Made by a program: the position numbers and the translations under genes | Origin: Clostridia bacterium | GTDB taxonomy: Bacteria > Bacillota > Clostridia > Christensenellales > CAG-138 | Assembly (NCBI GenBank): GCA_017545535.1 | Contig: JAFWMS010000002.1 | Location: 31,116-95,115, forward strand | Direction: 5' to 3' | Length of the DNA: 64,000 nt | The notes under the pieces: generated by a model | The model's input: the letters and a program-made list of their open reading frames with translations, nothing else | Databases searched by the model: none | What the model was told of the DNA's origin: nothing | Part shown: in pieces, positions 29,437 through 41,167 of the stretch | Position numbering within the stretch: the stretch's first letter is position 1 | How the letters are laid out: each line of letters starts with the position of its first letter

Positions 29437-29453
29437 CGTAAAGGGGAAAAAGT

Positions 29454-30395
29454 ATGTTTAAGTACGTCCTCAAACGGGTGCTGATCTCGGTGGTCACTGT
29501 CCTCATTATTCTCGCCGTTCTCTTTACCATGCTTCACAGCATGCCGGGCAGCCCCTTCAACGACGAGAAGATCACCGCGGTGCAGCGGGCAAATCTCGAG
29601 GCCAAATACGGCCTGGACAAGCCCCTTCCCGTTCAGTTTGTCAATTATCTCAAGGCCATGCTCTCCGGGGATTTCGGCGTTTCCTATGTCATCCAGAAAA
29701 ATATGCCCATCGCCTCGCTGCTGCGCGCACGCATTATGGTTTCAATCCGCATCGGGGTGCAGGCGGTGGCGCTCGGCACACTCATCGGGCTGCTGATGGG
29801 GATTGTGGCTGCGATGAAGCGCAACTCCTTCCTGGATACTTTCGCCACGGTGGTCTCCGTTATCGGCGTTGCCTTTCCCTCCTATGTGTTTGCCATGGCC
29901 ATGAGTTATTTTATCGGCTTCCGCCTCGGCTGGCTGCCGCTGCTGTACAGCACGGCGGACGCCGCGCGCTCGACCGTGATGCCCACGATCTCGCTAAGCA
30001 TGTTTTCCATGGCTACCGTCGCGCGCTTTGCCCGGACCGAAATGGTGGAGGTCATGGGCTCGGACTACATGCTGCTGGCCGACTCGAAGGGCATATCGTC
30101 GTTTCGGCTGCTCGGCGTACATGGTCTTCGCAATGCGCTGATCCCGATCGTCACGGTGCTCGCGCCCCTGACGGTCGAGCTGATGACGGGAAGCCTGGTG
30201 GTGGAGCAGATTTTTGCGATCCCCGGTATCGGCAGCCTGCTGGTGTCGGCGATCCAGTTCAACGACTATAACGTCGTGCTGGCGGTGGTGTTCGTTTACA
30301 GCATCATGTTCATCTCTGTGATGCTGATTGTGGACATCCTTTACGGTGTGATCGACCCGCGCATCCGTCTGGCAAAGGAGGATGCTTCAACATGA
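29454..30395 (+). CDS. ABC transporter permease (OppB/DppB-like)
   Basis: 313-aa multi-TM protein with MFKYVLKRVL.. and the SVMPTISLSMFSMATVARFARTEMVEV EAA-loop region. Confidence 0.85.
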   Translation: MFKYVLKRVLISVVTVLIILAVLFTMLHSMPGSPFNDEKITAVQRANLEAKYGLDKPLPVQFVNYLKAMLSGDFGVSYVIQKNMPIASLLRARIMVSIRIGVQAVALGTLIGLLMGIVAAMKRNSFLDTFATVVSVIGVAFPSYVFAMAMSYFIGFRLGWLPLLYSTADAARSTVMPTISLSMFSMATVARFARTEMVEVMGSDYMLLADSKGISSFRLLGVHGLRNALIPIVTVLAPLTVELMTGSLVVEQIFAIPGIGSLLVSAIQFNDYNVVLAVVFVYSIMFISVMLIVDILYGVIDPRIRLAKEDAST

Positions 30396-31435
30396 TGACG
30401 GCAAAGGAGTATGCCTCTCTCGTAGAGAAAGAGGATTTCGTACCGGCACAGAACCGGGATCTCGGCATCGATAAGGTTTACAGTGCACAGAGCTTCTGGA
30501 AAGACGCGCTGGGCCGCTTCGTCAAGAACCGCGGCGCGGTGTTCGGGCTTGTAATGATCGTGCTCATCGTATTCATGGCCTTTGCCGGTCCCGCGCTGAG
30601 CGGCTATAATTACCGCACGCAGGACATGTCCCAGCGCAACCTGCCGCCGCACATCGCGGGCTGGGAATCCGCTCCGGTTTTTTCCGGCGTCTATACCCAG
30701 TATGTCAACGGCGAGCCGATCCGCAGCAACGTCTATACCCAGAAGGGAATCGAGGATGTGACGCACATCTTCGGGACCGACGCCCTTGGCCGCGATCAGT
30801 TTGCGCGGACGTGGACCGGTACGCGCGTTTCGCTGTATGTGGCGCTGGTGGCCATCCTTATCGACACCTTTGTCGGTATGAGCTTCGGGCTGGTCTCCGG
30901 CTATTATGGCGGAAAGCTTGACTTCTTCCTCCAGCGAATCGTTGAGATCCTCTCCACGATCCCCACGACAGTGATCGTGACGCTTCTGATCGTGGTGATG
31001 AAGCCGGGCCTGACCAGCATCACCGTGGCTCTGATGATCACTGAGTGGATCGGCATGAGCCGCGTGACTCGTGCCCAGACCCTGCGGCTGAAGGAACGGG
31101 AATTCGTCCTCGCTTCCCGCACCCTGGGTGAAAGCACCTTTTCGATCATTTTCCGGGAAATCCTGCCGAACATCTTCGGCCAGATTATCGTCATGTGCAT
31201 GATGACGATCCCGAACGCCATCTTCACCGAGGCCTTTCTGGCATTCATCGGCCTGGGCATCCCCGCTCCTCTGGCAAGCCTCGGCTCGCTGATCAGCGAC
31301 GGCTTCAAGTCCATGACCATGTATCCCTTCCTGGTGCTCTTCCCGGTCACGGTGCTGGCACTGCTGATGCTGAGCTTCAACCTGATGGCCGACGGCCTGC
31401 GCGACGCCTTTGACCCCAAGATGAAGGAGATGTGA
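30392..31435 (+). CDS. ABC transporter permease (OppC/DppC-like)
   Basis: 347-aa multi-TM protein with ATGA overlap. The EAA-loop is EWIGMSRVTRAQTLRLKEREFVLASRTLG. Confidence 0.85.
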   Translation: MMTAKEYASLVEKEDFVPAQNRDLGIDKVYSAQSFWKDALGRFVKNRGAVFGLVMIVLIVFMAFAGPALSGYNYRTQDMSQRNLPPHIAGWESAPVFSGVYTQYVNGEPIRSNVYTQKGIEDVTHIFGTDALGRDQFARTWTGTRVSLYVALVAILIDTFVGMSFGLVSGYYGGKLDFFLQRIVEILSTIPTTVIVTLLIVVMKPGLTSITVALMITEWIGMSRVTRAQTLRLKEREFVLASRTLGESTFSIIFREILPNIFGQIIVMCMMTIPNAIFTEAFLAFIGLGIPAPLASLGSLISDGFKSMTMYPFLVLFPVTVLALLMLSFNLMADGLRDAFDPKMKEM

Positions 31436-31437
31436 GC

Positions 31438-32511
31438 ATGGAAAAGACATTGACGATCCGGGATCTCCGTATCTCCTTCCAGGCAAGCGGCGGTACGGTG
31501 CGCGCCGTGCGCGGTGTGGATCTGGACCTTTATCAGGGGGAAACGCTCGCCATCGTGGGCGAGTCCGGCTCCGGCAAAAGCGTGACCGTCAAGGCGATCA
31601 TGGGAATTGTCAGTTCCAACCAGATTGTTGAAGGCGGGACAATCCTTTATCGTTGCCGGGAGAAGGATGAATGGACGGAGCGGGATCTTCTGCGTCTGTC
31701 CCGCCGCGAGATGCGCCGGCATATCAACGGCACGCATATTGCCATGGTCTTTCAGGACCCGATGACCTCGCTCGATCCTACGATGACGATCGGCATGCAG
31801 CTGATGGAGGGGATGATCCAGCATCTGCACCTGTCCAGAGCGCTGGCCCGCCGCCGGGCGATCGAGCTGCTGGAGCTCGTCGGCATCCCGGAGGCAGAAA
31901 AGCGGATGCGGAACTATCCCCACCAGCTCTCCGGAGGCATGCGTCAGCGCGTGGTCATCGCCATTGCCCTCTCCTGCAGCCCGGACATTCTGATATGCGA
32001 CGAGCCGACGACGGCACTGGACGTTACGATCCAGGCCAAGATCCTGGAACTGATCCAGGAGATCCAGCGGAAAACCGGCATTTCGGTAATCTATATCACA
32101 CATGATCTCGGCGTCGTGGCGAAGGTGGCGGACTATGTGGCCGTCATGTATGCCGGGCGCATTGCGGAAAAAGGCACGGTGGAGGACATCTTCTACGACC
32201 CGCGCCATCCCTATACCTGGGGGCTGCTCAGCAGCATGCCGGACATCTCCGATGAAAGCAGCGAGAGGCTTTACACGATCCCCGGCTCGCCGCCGAGCAT
32301 GGTAGACCTGCCGGCGGGCGATCCGTTCGCCCCACGCAACGCCTATGCGCTGGAAGCGGATTATAAGGCGGAGCCGCCAATGTTTCAAATCAGCCAGACA
32401 CATTATGCGGCAAGCTGGCTGCTGGACGAGCGCGCGCCCAAGGTGGCGATGCCCGACTCGCTGCGCCGTCGCATCGAAAGCATGAGGGGAGGGGAAAGAA
32501 CAGATGGCTGA
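31438..32511 (+). CDS. ABC transporter ATP-binding protein (OppD-like)
   Basis: Walker A GESGSGKS, signature LSGGMRQR and Walker [13 protein letters not shown]. Confidence 0.85.
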   Translation: MEKTLTIRDLRISFQASGGTVRAVRGVDLDLYQGETLAIVGESGSGKSVTVKAIMGIVSSNQIVEGGTILYRCREKDEWTERDLLRLSRREMRRHINGTHIAMVFQDPMTSLDPTMTIGMQLMEGMIQHLHLSRALARRRAIELLELVGIPEAEKRMRNYPHQLSGGMRQRVVIAIALSCSPDILICDEPTTALDVTIQAKILELIQEIQRKTGISVIYITHDLGVVAKVADYVAVMYAGRIAEKGTVEDIFYDPRHPYTWGLLSSMPDISDESSERLYTIPGSPPSMVDLPAGDPFAPRNAYALEADYKAEPPMFQISQTHYAASWLLDERAPKVAMPDSLRRRIESMRGGERTDG

Positions 32512-33427
32512 ACACCTTCTGGAAGTGGAGGGCCTGAAGCAGTACTTCCGCGTCAGCAAAAAATTCACGGTCAAGGCGGTGGACGGCGTCTCGTTCTATA
32601 TTGACGAGGGAGAGACCTACGGCCTCGTCGGCGAATCCGGCTCTGGCAAATCCACGATCGGCCGCTCAATCATTCGTCTCTACACGCCGACCGCGGGCCG
32701 CGTTCTCTTCGAGGGCGTGGAAATCTCCGGCCATCTTGGCGCGGCGGAGACGCGGCACCTGCGCACCCGCATGCAGATGATCTTTCAGGACCCCATGGCC
32801 TGTCTCAATCCGCGCAAAAAGGTGGGAGATATTATCGCTCAAGGCCTTGATGTGCATCACCTCTATGTCAATGCTGACGAGCGGCAGGAAAAAGTCTACC
32901 GCATTATGGAGCGCATTGGACTGGACCGGGAGCACGCCAATCGCTATCCCCACCAGTTCTCCGGCGGCCAGCGCCAACGCATCGGCATCGCCCGCGCGCT
33001 GATCATGGAGCCCAAGCTCGTCATCGCAGATGAGCCGATCTCCGCACTGGACGTCTCGATCCAGGCGCAGGTGGTCAACCTGATGAAGGACCTGCAAAAG
33101 GAGCTCGGCGCGGCCTATCTGTTCATTGCGCACGATCTGTCCATGGTCAAGTACATCTCTGACCGCATCGGCGTGCTGCATCTGGGGCATCTGGTGGAGA
33201 CCGGGACGACGAAGGACATCTTCGATCGTCCGCTGCATCCCTATACGCAGAGCTTGCTCTCTGCTGTTCCGCACCCGGACCCGCGGGTGGAGAAGCAGCG
33301 TACAGCGATCGCCTACGATTACAAAAGCTCCGGCATCGACTACACCAAGGGCAGCTATCACGCCGTCAGCGAGACACACAGCGTCCTCGCAACGGACGCG
33401 GAATTTGCCCGCTGGTCGGCACGCTGA
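32504..33427 (+). CDS. ABC transporter ATP-binding protein (OppF-like)
   Basis: Walker [10 protein letters not shown], signature FSGGQRQR and Walker B LVIADEPISALD. Confidence 0.85.
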   Translation: MAEHLLEVEGLKQYFRVSKKFTVKAVDGVSFYIDEGETYGLVGESGSGKSTIGRSIIRLYTPTAGRVLFEGVEISGHLGAAETRHLRTRMQMIFQDPMACLNPRKKVGDIIAQGLDVHHLYVNADERQEKVYRIMERIGLDREHANRYPHQFSGGQRQRIGIARALIMEPKLVIADEPISALDVSIQAQVVNLMKDLQKELGAAYLFIAHDLSMVKYISDRIGVLHLGHLVETGTTKDIFDRPLHPYTQSLLSAVPHPDPRVEKQRTAIAYDYKSSGIDYTKGSYHAVSETHSVLATDAEFARWSAR

Positions 33428-33444
33428 GGGCAAAACTGGATAGA

Positions 33445-33479
33445 AAAGAAGGCTGACGGTGCTCCGTCAGCCTTCTTTT
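33445..33479. terminator. Bidirectional terminator between convergent operons
   Basis: AGAAGGCTGACGG / CCGTCAGCCTTCT stem with flanking A- and T-runs. Confidence 0.65.
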
Positions 33480-33490
33480 GATTGTGAGGC

Positions 33491-34555
33491 TCAATAATCG
33501 AACTGCCTGTAGTAACGTCGGATCGAGAGCGGGTGACGCAGGAACAGCTCCATATAGGCGTCCACGCGATTGTTGACCGCGTGCATCACGAGATGCGAGA
33601 TGCTGCCGCGGAACTCCTTTCGAATTCCCTCCAGCTCCAGCTCGGCCGTGTCGATGATTGTGTAGTTGGCGCAGACACGAGGCAGAAAGCGCGCGACGCG
33701 TTCTGCAAGCGGGCGCTGTTCGTCCTCGCCGATGAAGAGCGTGACGGGTGTGTCGGCGACGATGATCTCCTGCATGCCGTGGAAGAACTCCTGACAGCTG
33801 ATAGACTTGGTGCGGATCCACATCTGCTCTTCCCAGTAGCACATGGCGTAGGAGTAGGTGGCTCCGTACTGGTTGCCCGAGCCGATGAAGTAGTGCGGCA
33901 GATCGGGCCGCTCGCGGTGGAAAGCGACTGTCTTTTTCGCGTACTCATATGCCCAGGCGTCCGCAGCCTTTTCTACCTCTGCCAGCGCGAGGGCGAGATG
34001 GGCCTCGATCTCGCAGTTGTACTCCTCATAGGCGGCGAACTCGCCGTTTTTGTACATGAGATAGTTTGCGACCATATAGAACTTCAGCTGCTCGTTCTTA
34101 GGATAGAGGATCAAATAATCCTGCTTGTCCGGCGCAGTTAGTGTCGAACCCGGCGTGTCGATAAAGGCGAAGATCTTGCCTCCGATTTCCCGGACGCGCT
34201 CGACGAGCCGCACCATCTCCTTGGTGTCGCCGGAAACCGAGGAATAAATGACCACGGACCGTTCGGTAAAGCGGCGGTTGCCGGTGGTGAGAAACTCCGC
34301 GGCGTTTTCAACATAGATGGGCAGAGAAGAGCGGCCGCGCATATAGACCTCCACCTGCATGGCGGAAGCATAGGTGCCGCCGATGCCGATAAAATAGATC
34401 CCGTCAAAGCCTTCCTCCCAGATTCGGTCGATGACCGCCTCAATCTGGGGACGGAGCGCCAGAGCGCCCTGCACGCTTTCAATCGCTTCTTTTTCATCAA
34501 AATTGCGAAGGCAAGGACCCTCTGTCTCCTGCCATTTTTTCGCTTCAAAACTCAT
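33491..34555 (-). CDS. frlB: SIS-domain protein, fructoselysine-6-phosphate deglycase (FrlB)-like
   Basis: 354 aa with tandem SIS layout (IYFIGIGGTYASA.., VIYSSVSGDTKE). The C-terminal RRYYRQFDY parallels the E. coli FrlB end RRYYGGLVEY (recalled). Confidence 0.6.
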   Translation of the reverse strand: MSFEAKKWQETEGPCLRNFDEKEAIESVQGALALRPQIEAVIDRIWEEGFDGIYFIGIGGTYASAMQVEVYMRGRSSLPIYVENAAEFLTTGNRRFTERSVVIYSSVSGDTKEMVRLVERVREIGGKIFAFIDTPGSTLTAPDKQDYLILYPKNEQLKFYMVANYLMYKNGEFAAYEEYNCEIEAHLALALAEVEKAADAWAYEYAKKTVAFHRERPDLPHYFIGSGNQYGATYSYAMCYWEEQMWIRTKSISCQEFFHGMQEIIVADTPVTLFIGEDEQRPLAERVARFLPRVCANYTIIDTAELELEGIRKEFRGSISHLVMHAVNNRVDAYMELFLRHPLSIRRYYRQFDY

Positions 34556-34566
34556 AGTACGACTCC

Positions 34567-35361
34567 TTAATAGAATTCTCCGTCCGTCTCCAGTCCGAGG
34601 AAGAAACGGAGTGTGGTCTGAATAGCCCGGTCCCAGTATGGCCAGGCATGCTCGCCGGGTCCCTCGCTATAGAAGTGTCCGTATCCGGCCTCCTCCGCCG
34701 CGAGACGGAAGCGCCGGTTATGCTCGTAAAGGAAGTCCTCCGTGCCGCAGAGCTGAATCAACCGCGGCCGGTCAGCCTGTGCGGCGGCGCGCCGCACCAG
34801 CGCGATCGGATCGTCCTCCTCGGGCAGCTCGCCCGTCGGGTAGAGCGCGTCAAACTCGCCCGGCTCGATCTCCGGCAGCATCCCTGCGCGAGCCTCGTCG
34901 ACAAAACGGCGGAAGTCCAGCACGCCCGAAAGAGCGGCGATCGTGCCGAAGCGCTCCGGTCTGCGCAGACCGATCTTGAGCGCACCGTAACCGCCCATGC
35001 TCTCGCCCGCGATCATGCAGTCCTCGCGCGGCCGCCTGAGCGCGAACCATTGCTCGCACAGCTGCGGCAGCTCGTCGGCAACATAGTGGAAATAACGCGG
35101 AGCGGCAGGATAGTCGCAGTAAAAGCTGCGCTGTGCCTCGGGCATGACGACAATCAGATTGAATTTTTTCGCGTAGTATTCGATTTTTGAAAAGCGCAGC
35201 CACTCGTCGCAGTTGCCTCCGAGGCCGTGCAGCAGAAAGAGCAGCTTCGGCGTCCCGCCGAGCAGCGGCGTGACGTCGTTGGACGCATCCGGCAGGATCA
35301 GATTGATCCGCGTGGTGGTTTTCAGCTCTTCTGAATAAAAGATGCCGCTAAAGCTTCCCAT
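34567..35361 (-). CDS. Alpha/beta esterase (putative-esterase / S-formylglutathione-hydrolase-like family)
   Basis: LLFLLHGLGGNCDEW and the nucleophile elbow IAGESMGGYGAL. Confidence 0.7.
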   Translation of the reverse strand: MGSFSGIFYSEELKTTTRINLILPDASNDVTPLLGGTPKLLFLLHGLGGNCDEWLRFSKIEYYAKKFNLIVVMPEAQRSFYCDYPAAPRYFHYVADELPQLCEQWFALRRPREDCMIAGESMGGYGALKIGLRRPERFGTIAALSGVLDFRRFVDEARAGMLPEIEPGEFDALYPTGELPEEDDPIALVRRAAAQADRPRLIQLCGTEDFLYEHNRRFRLAAEEAGYGHFYSEGPGEHAWPYWDRAIQTTLRFFLGLETDGEFY

Positions 35362-35372
35362 GTTTGCTCCTT

Positions 35373-35828
35373 TCAGCGCTCGACGATCAGCTCTTCTTCA
35401 CCGCCCTCGGGAATCAGAACGCGCTGCAGCGCGATCACACGTCCCTCGCTATCAAGATACTCCCGCTCGAGACACAGGGCGGCGCGCTCCTCCCTGAGCC
35501 GCAGGATGCGCAGATCGCGCCGCTCAAGCTCGACAAGCTCAAGACTCTGGCGTGCTGTATGAACGCCCGGGAGGGGCAGCTTCCACAGCGAGCCGCGTTC
35601 GGGCAGCGGCACCCGCTTCCGTTCGGTGCCGTGTCCGGGCAGCACCAGTTCCTCAAGGAACAGCGGATCCCCACCTCGGCTGTAAAGACGGCGCAAGCAC
35701 AAAAGCTCCTCCTCCTCGCTGACGGAAAAGCGAGCGGCGTAATACGTGCCCGCCGGGCGAAGCTGCCGGCTGCAGGTCCTCATGCGCAGACGCTCGGCGT
35801 CAACGGAGGGACTGGAATAAGCGTTCAT
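35373..35828 (-). CDS. Stand-alone UTRA-like (GntR/HutC effector) domain protein without HTH
   Basis: 151 aa. The pattern ...LLCLRRLYSRGGDPLFLEELVLP...ALCLEREYLDSEGRVIALQRVLIP resembles UTRA beta-strands. No room or frame exists for an HTH. Confidence 0.45.
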   Translation of the reverse strand: MNAYSSPSVDAERLRMRTCSRQLRPAGTYYAARFSVSEEEELLCLRRLYSRGGDPLFLEELVLPGHGTERKRVPLPERGSLWKLPLPGVHTARQSLELVELERRDLRILRLREERAALCLEREYLDSEGRVIALQRVLIPEGGEEELIVER

Positions 35829-35843
35829 CTCTGTGCGGCGGCT

Positions 35844-36638
35844 TTACCATCCGCCGAAATAGCCCAGCGTCACGGTAGCGTTTGCCGCGCCCTTTGCCAT
35901 ACAATCCTCCAGCGGCAGTCCTTCAACAAGGCCGAAAAGGAACCCGGCGATATAGCTGTCGCCCGCGCCCATCGTGTCGACGAGCTTTTCACAGGGGACG
36001 ATGCCGAAGCTGTGGAAGCGCTCACCGTCAAAGCAGAGGCTGCCCTTCTCGCCCAGCATCGCGACGACCAGCCGCGGTCCTCGCGCATGGTAGTCTCTCA
36101 TTTGCTCGCGCAGCGCACCGGTATCCCCTCCGTCGCTGGAGAAAAACAGTACGTCCGTAAAAGGCATGGCCGTCTGCGCTGCCTCATCCTCGGGGCGCGT
36201 GGCGCAGTCGAAGGCTGTCTGCATCCCGCGGCGCTTGAGCTTGCAAAACTGACCCTCCACCTTGCCCCAAAGATCGCAGATCACCATATCGTGCGTGCAG
36301 ATGAAGGAAAGATCGTCCTCCGAGAGCACGTAATCGGAAAGCACGCCCTCGTCGTAATCGCCGAAAACGCGCTCTCCGTCAATCAGACTGACCTGCGTGA
36401 CGGCAGTCTTTCCCTCGCGAACGGACAGGTGCGAAACGTCCACACCCTTCTCGGCAACGGCGCGGCGCATCAGCGCGCCAAATTCATCATTCCCGACCGG
36501 GCCGATATAGGAGGCCTCGCCGCCCAGACGCACGGTGTAGACGGCCATATTGACCGGACCGCCGCCCGGATAGGCTTTTCCGCCCTCCACATTTTGATAA
36601 AAATCCACGCAGTTGCTTCCAACCGCAGCAAGTTTCAT
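35844..36638 (-). CDS. frlD: PfkB-family kinase, fructoselysine 6-kinase (FrlD)-like, copy 1
   Basis: MKLAAVGSNCVDFY..GGGPVNMAVY..DTMGAGDSYIAGFL parallels E. coli FrlD MKTLATIGDNCVDIY..GGNAVNVAVY..DTMGAGDSFIAGFL (recalled). SD gaggtgag. Confidence 0.65.
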   Translation of the reverse strand: MKLAAVGSNCVDFYQNVEGGKAYPGGGPVNMAVYTVRLGGEASYIGPVGNDEFGALMRRAVAEKGVDVSHLSVREGKTAVTQVSLIDGERVFGDYDEGVLSDYVLSEDDLSFICTHDMVICDLWGKVEGQFCKLKRRGMQTAFDCATRPEDEAAQTAMPFTDVLFFSSDGGDTGALREQMRDYHARGPRLVVAMLGEKGSLCFDGERFHSFGIVPCEKLVDTMGAGDSYIAGFLFGLVEGLPLEDCMAKGAANATVTLGYFGGW

Positions 36639-36649
36639 GTTCTCACCTC

Positions 36650-37324
36650 TCAAAGCAGCAGACGTATCCTGTCTGGCCGCAGGATCACGCGGTGGTTTTC
36701 CCTCAGAGATCCATCGTCCTCATACCCGAAGCCGCAGACCTGGATCAGCGCTTTCCCCTCCGGAACAGAGAGCAGCGCAGCCTCTTCCTTCCGTGCACGC
36801 AGGATGCCGATACGAAGCGGCCCCGCTTCGCTGTGGGGAGCGGCCATTGCGGAGAGCAGCGCGGCGCCGCGTCCATCGCATTCTTCGCCTGGCGCGTACC
36901 GCAGGACGCGGCTCTCCAGTGCGATCGGCGTCCGTTCCGAGCACCACAACGCCCGAACGTCAAGCCACTCGCCGCCCTCCTTTTCCGGAAGGGGGAGCTT
37001 CGGCGAATGCTCCCAGACGTCCAGCAGCTCACCGTGCGGGCGCAGCGCTTTTCGGCGCAGCGTTTCATACAGACTCTCTTTGCCCGCCGCGTTCCATTCC
37101 GGACGAGGCGGCGCCACCGTATAGCCCGAGCCGCCCAAAGCGACGAGCCGTCCCGCAGCGGTAAGACGCTGCAGCGCTGTGCGCAGCGTGCCGCGGCTGA
37201 CTCCCCATTTTTCGCACAGAAGGCGCTCGCTTGGCAGCCTCCTGCGCGGGGGAAGGGAAAGGAGAAGGACTTCCAGTGACTCCGCGGCGAACTCGCCCGG
37301 AGTGGGCACACGCGACATTTTCAT
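36650..37324 (-). CDS. GntR/HutC-family regulator
   Basis: HTH is LPSERLLCEKWGVSRGTLRTALQRLTAAGRLVALGGSGYTV, with a UTRA-like C-half. The likely start is ATG 37324 after ggagggagaagg (the ORF extends to 37357). Confidence 0.75.
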   Translation of the reverse strand: MKMSRVPTPGEFAAESLEVLLLSLPPRRRLPSERLLCEKWGVSRGTLRTALQRLTAAGRLVALGGSGYTVAPPRPEWNAAGKESLYETLRRKALRPHGELLDVWEHSPKLPLPEKEGGEWLDVRALWCSERTPIALESRVLRYAPGEECDGRGAALLSAMAAPHSEAGPLRIGILRARKEEAALLSVPEGKALIQVCGFGYEDDGSLRENHRVILRPDRIRLLL

Positions 37325-37416
37325 CCTTCTCCCTCCTTCTGCCCCCCACCGCGGCAAAAGGCTTGCCGCGGCGGGGCGTATTGCTTGTTGCTTGATTTGC
37401 TTCTGATCTTCTCAGA

Positions 37417-39025
<1,609 letters not shown>

Positions 39026-39040
<15 letters not shown>

Positions 39041-39454
39041 TATGACCAGAATCTCCCGCCGTGCGGGGCCGTCGAATTCGCAAAAATATACGTCCTGCGC
39101 GCCGCCTCTTTCCAGCACGCCGCCGCGGATCAGGAAATGGCAGTGATTGCCGGTCAGCATGGCTTTGAGATGCCCGGTGGGGTTGCCTGCCGTCGAGCCG
39201 TAGTCGCGCAGCATGCGTGCGTGACAGTAGGGCCGCTCCTCCGGCGCGAAGAGCGCCAGCGCGGTCTGGATGTCGCTCTCAAGGCATTCCAACGCTTCGT
39301 TGACGGTCACGCCGGTCGTCGTGTGGCGCGTGAGAACCGTCACCATGCCCTCCTGCACTCCGCTCTCGAGGACGATCTCCTCCACGCGCGGCGTGAGCAC
39401 AGTCATTTCGTTATAGCTTTTGGTGCAGAGCACCAGCGTCCTGACAAACATCAT
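39026..39454 (-). CDS. YjbQ/UPF0047 family protein
   Basis: 142 aa. VTVLTRHTTTGVTVNE..DYGSTAGNPTGHLKAMLTGNH is typical of the YjbQ family. Confidence 0.75.
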
Positions 39455-40308
39455 GCACCGTCTCCTTCACCGAGAAAAACAAGGGCGTTCTCCCCGCGGA
39501 TCAGTTCCAGCGTACTATCGCGCAACCCCAGCGTGCCCAGCGCTTCAGCCATGCGGATCTGCTCAAAGCGCGGATTGTCCGAGCCGAACATCACCTGATG
39601 GCGAAGCGACCGGTCGATCCATGTGAGCGGGATATCGCGGGTGAAGCACTGCGTATAGAACTCCCGCGCGTTGTCGAAGTAGAGCGCGGCGGTGTCCGCG
39701 TAAACATTGGGATATTTCAGCAGCAGCATCGCCGTCTCCCGAATCCAGGGCCAGCCGAAGTGCCCCAGGCAGATCCTCAGACGGGGATGCTTTTGCACCA
39801 GAGCCTCGAAGCGGAGGGGATGACCGTATTCCGCAAGCGTATCTTTTTCCCAGGACAGTCCCGCATGGAACAGCACGGGACGGTCATGCCGCTCACACAC
39901 AGCCCAGAGCGGCTCGAGCGCAGGATCGGCCGGGTCGAAGCGGGAACGCCCGGGATGGAGATTCAAGCCCTTGAGCCCCAGACGCGTAAAAGCGTCTTCC
40001 AGCCTGCCCGGAGCATCGCCGTCGTGCGGGTCGACCGAGGCCAGGCCCCAGAAGCGCTCCGGCGCGAAGGAGACGAGCTGCGCAACTTCCTCGTTGCTCA
40101 CCAGAGTCTCGCCCATCTGAGTTGAATAGTCCTGAGCCAGCAGACAGAGACGGTCGAGAGAGGCGCAGCGCATCTGGTTGAACACATGTTCCAGCGGCGC
40201 AAGACCGTTGCGGTGGATGTCCAGCTCGCAGTGGCGCAGCTCCTCGCGCGCGGCGTCAGCATTGATCGGCTCATAAAAAGCCGGGTGAACGTGGATATCG
40301 ATCGTCAT
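39451..40308 (-). CDS. Amidohydrolase-2 family metal-dependent hydrolase/decarboxylase
   Basis: MTIDIHVHP.. (HxH) and a TIM-barrel hydrolase layout of 285 aa. Confidence 0.7.
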   Translation of the reverse strand: MTIDIHVHPAFYEPINADAAREELRHCELDIHRNGLAPLEHVFNQMRCASLDRLCLLAQDYSTQMGETLVSNEEVAQLVSFAPERFWGLASVDPHDGDAPGRLEDAFTRLGLKGLNLHPGRSRFDPADPALEPLWAVCERHDRPVLFHAGLSWEKDTLAEYGHPLRFEALVQKHPRLRICLGHFGWPWIRETAMLLLKYPNVYADTAALYFDNAREFYTQCFTRDIPLTWIDRSLRHQVMFGSDNPRFEQIRMAEALGTLGLRDSTLELIRGENALVFLGEGDGA

Positions 40309-40316
40309 ACCTTGCC

Positions 40317-41147
40317 TCAGATCCCCGCGGCAGCCATCATGGCGCGGACATTGTTCACGGCGCGGCGCGCATAAAAGCGCGGCTCGTTGATGTAACCGGT
40401 GACCAGCTCCAGCGTGGCAGTGCCCTCGTAGCCGATCCGCTTCAGTTCACAGAAGAGTTCGCCCAGCGGCATGCTCCCCTCGCCGGGAAGAATGTGGCTG
40501 TCGGTGCCCTGCTCGCCGTCGATGATGTGCAGATGATCCATCTTCGCACCCAGCTTGTCGAAATAGGCCATGATACTCTCGTGCTGCACAAAGGGGGGGA
40601 CAACGTCGCACATGCCTACGATCCAGGGATTATCGACACGGCGAAACAGCTCGACTAAATCGTTGGCGCGGGTGAAGAAATTGGACTCATAGGGAGTCAG
40701 CGCCTCGACCGTGAGCTTGACCTCGCACTTTGCGGCGTAGTCGCCCAGCTCACGGATGGTTTTCTCCAGGCGCGGCCACAGCTCGTCATAGGTGGCAAGA
40801 TAGCCGCCATTGGCGGGGCTTGTCAGCATAAAGGAGGCGCCCATTTCTTTGGCCATGTCAAGACACAGCTTGAGATAGGCCACGGCGTCCTCGCGCTGTG
40901 CTTCCGAGCCGATCATGTAGTTGTACGGATAAGCGTTGTGCTCGGGCGTATACCCCACGATGGGCATTTCATAGCAGTCGATCAGGCGCCGCAGCTGCGT
41001 GATCTCGCCTGCCTTAAGGTCATGGGCATAGGCATGGGGCCGTCCACCCCAGAGTTCGATATAATCGTAGCCGTATTCCTTCGCATCCTGAAAGCAGTGC
41101 TCCAGCGGATTGCGCTGGTAGCCGGAGGTGAACATTCCGATCTTCAT
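40317..41147 (-). CDS. frlC: Xylose-isomerase-like TIM-barrel epimerase, fructoselysine 3-epimerase (FrlC)-like
   Basis: 276 aa. MKIGMFTSGYQRNPLEHCFQDAKEYGYDYIELWGGRPHAYAHDL..YPYNYM..EALTPYESN..LHIIDG..PGEG aligns along its length with recalled E. coli FrlC, which is also 276 aa. Confidence 0.7.
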   Translation of the reverse strand: MKIGMFTSGYQRNPLEHCFQDAKEYGYDYIELWGGRPHAYAHDLKAGEITQLRRLIDCYEMPIVGYTPEHNAYPYNYMIGSEAQREDAVAYLKLCLDMAKEMGASFMLTSPANGGYLATYDELWPRLEKTIRELGDYAAKCEVKLTVEALTPYESNFFTRANDLVELFRRVDNPWIVGMCDVVPPFVQHESIMAYFDKLGAKMDHLHIIDGEQGTDSHILPGEGSMPLGELFCELKRIGYEGTATLELVTGYINEPRFYARRAVNNVRAMMAAAGI

Positions 41148-41167
41148 GGCCTTACTCCTTTTATATG

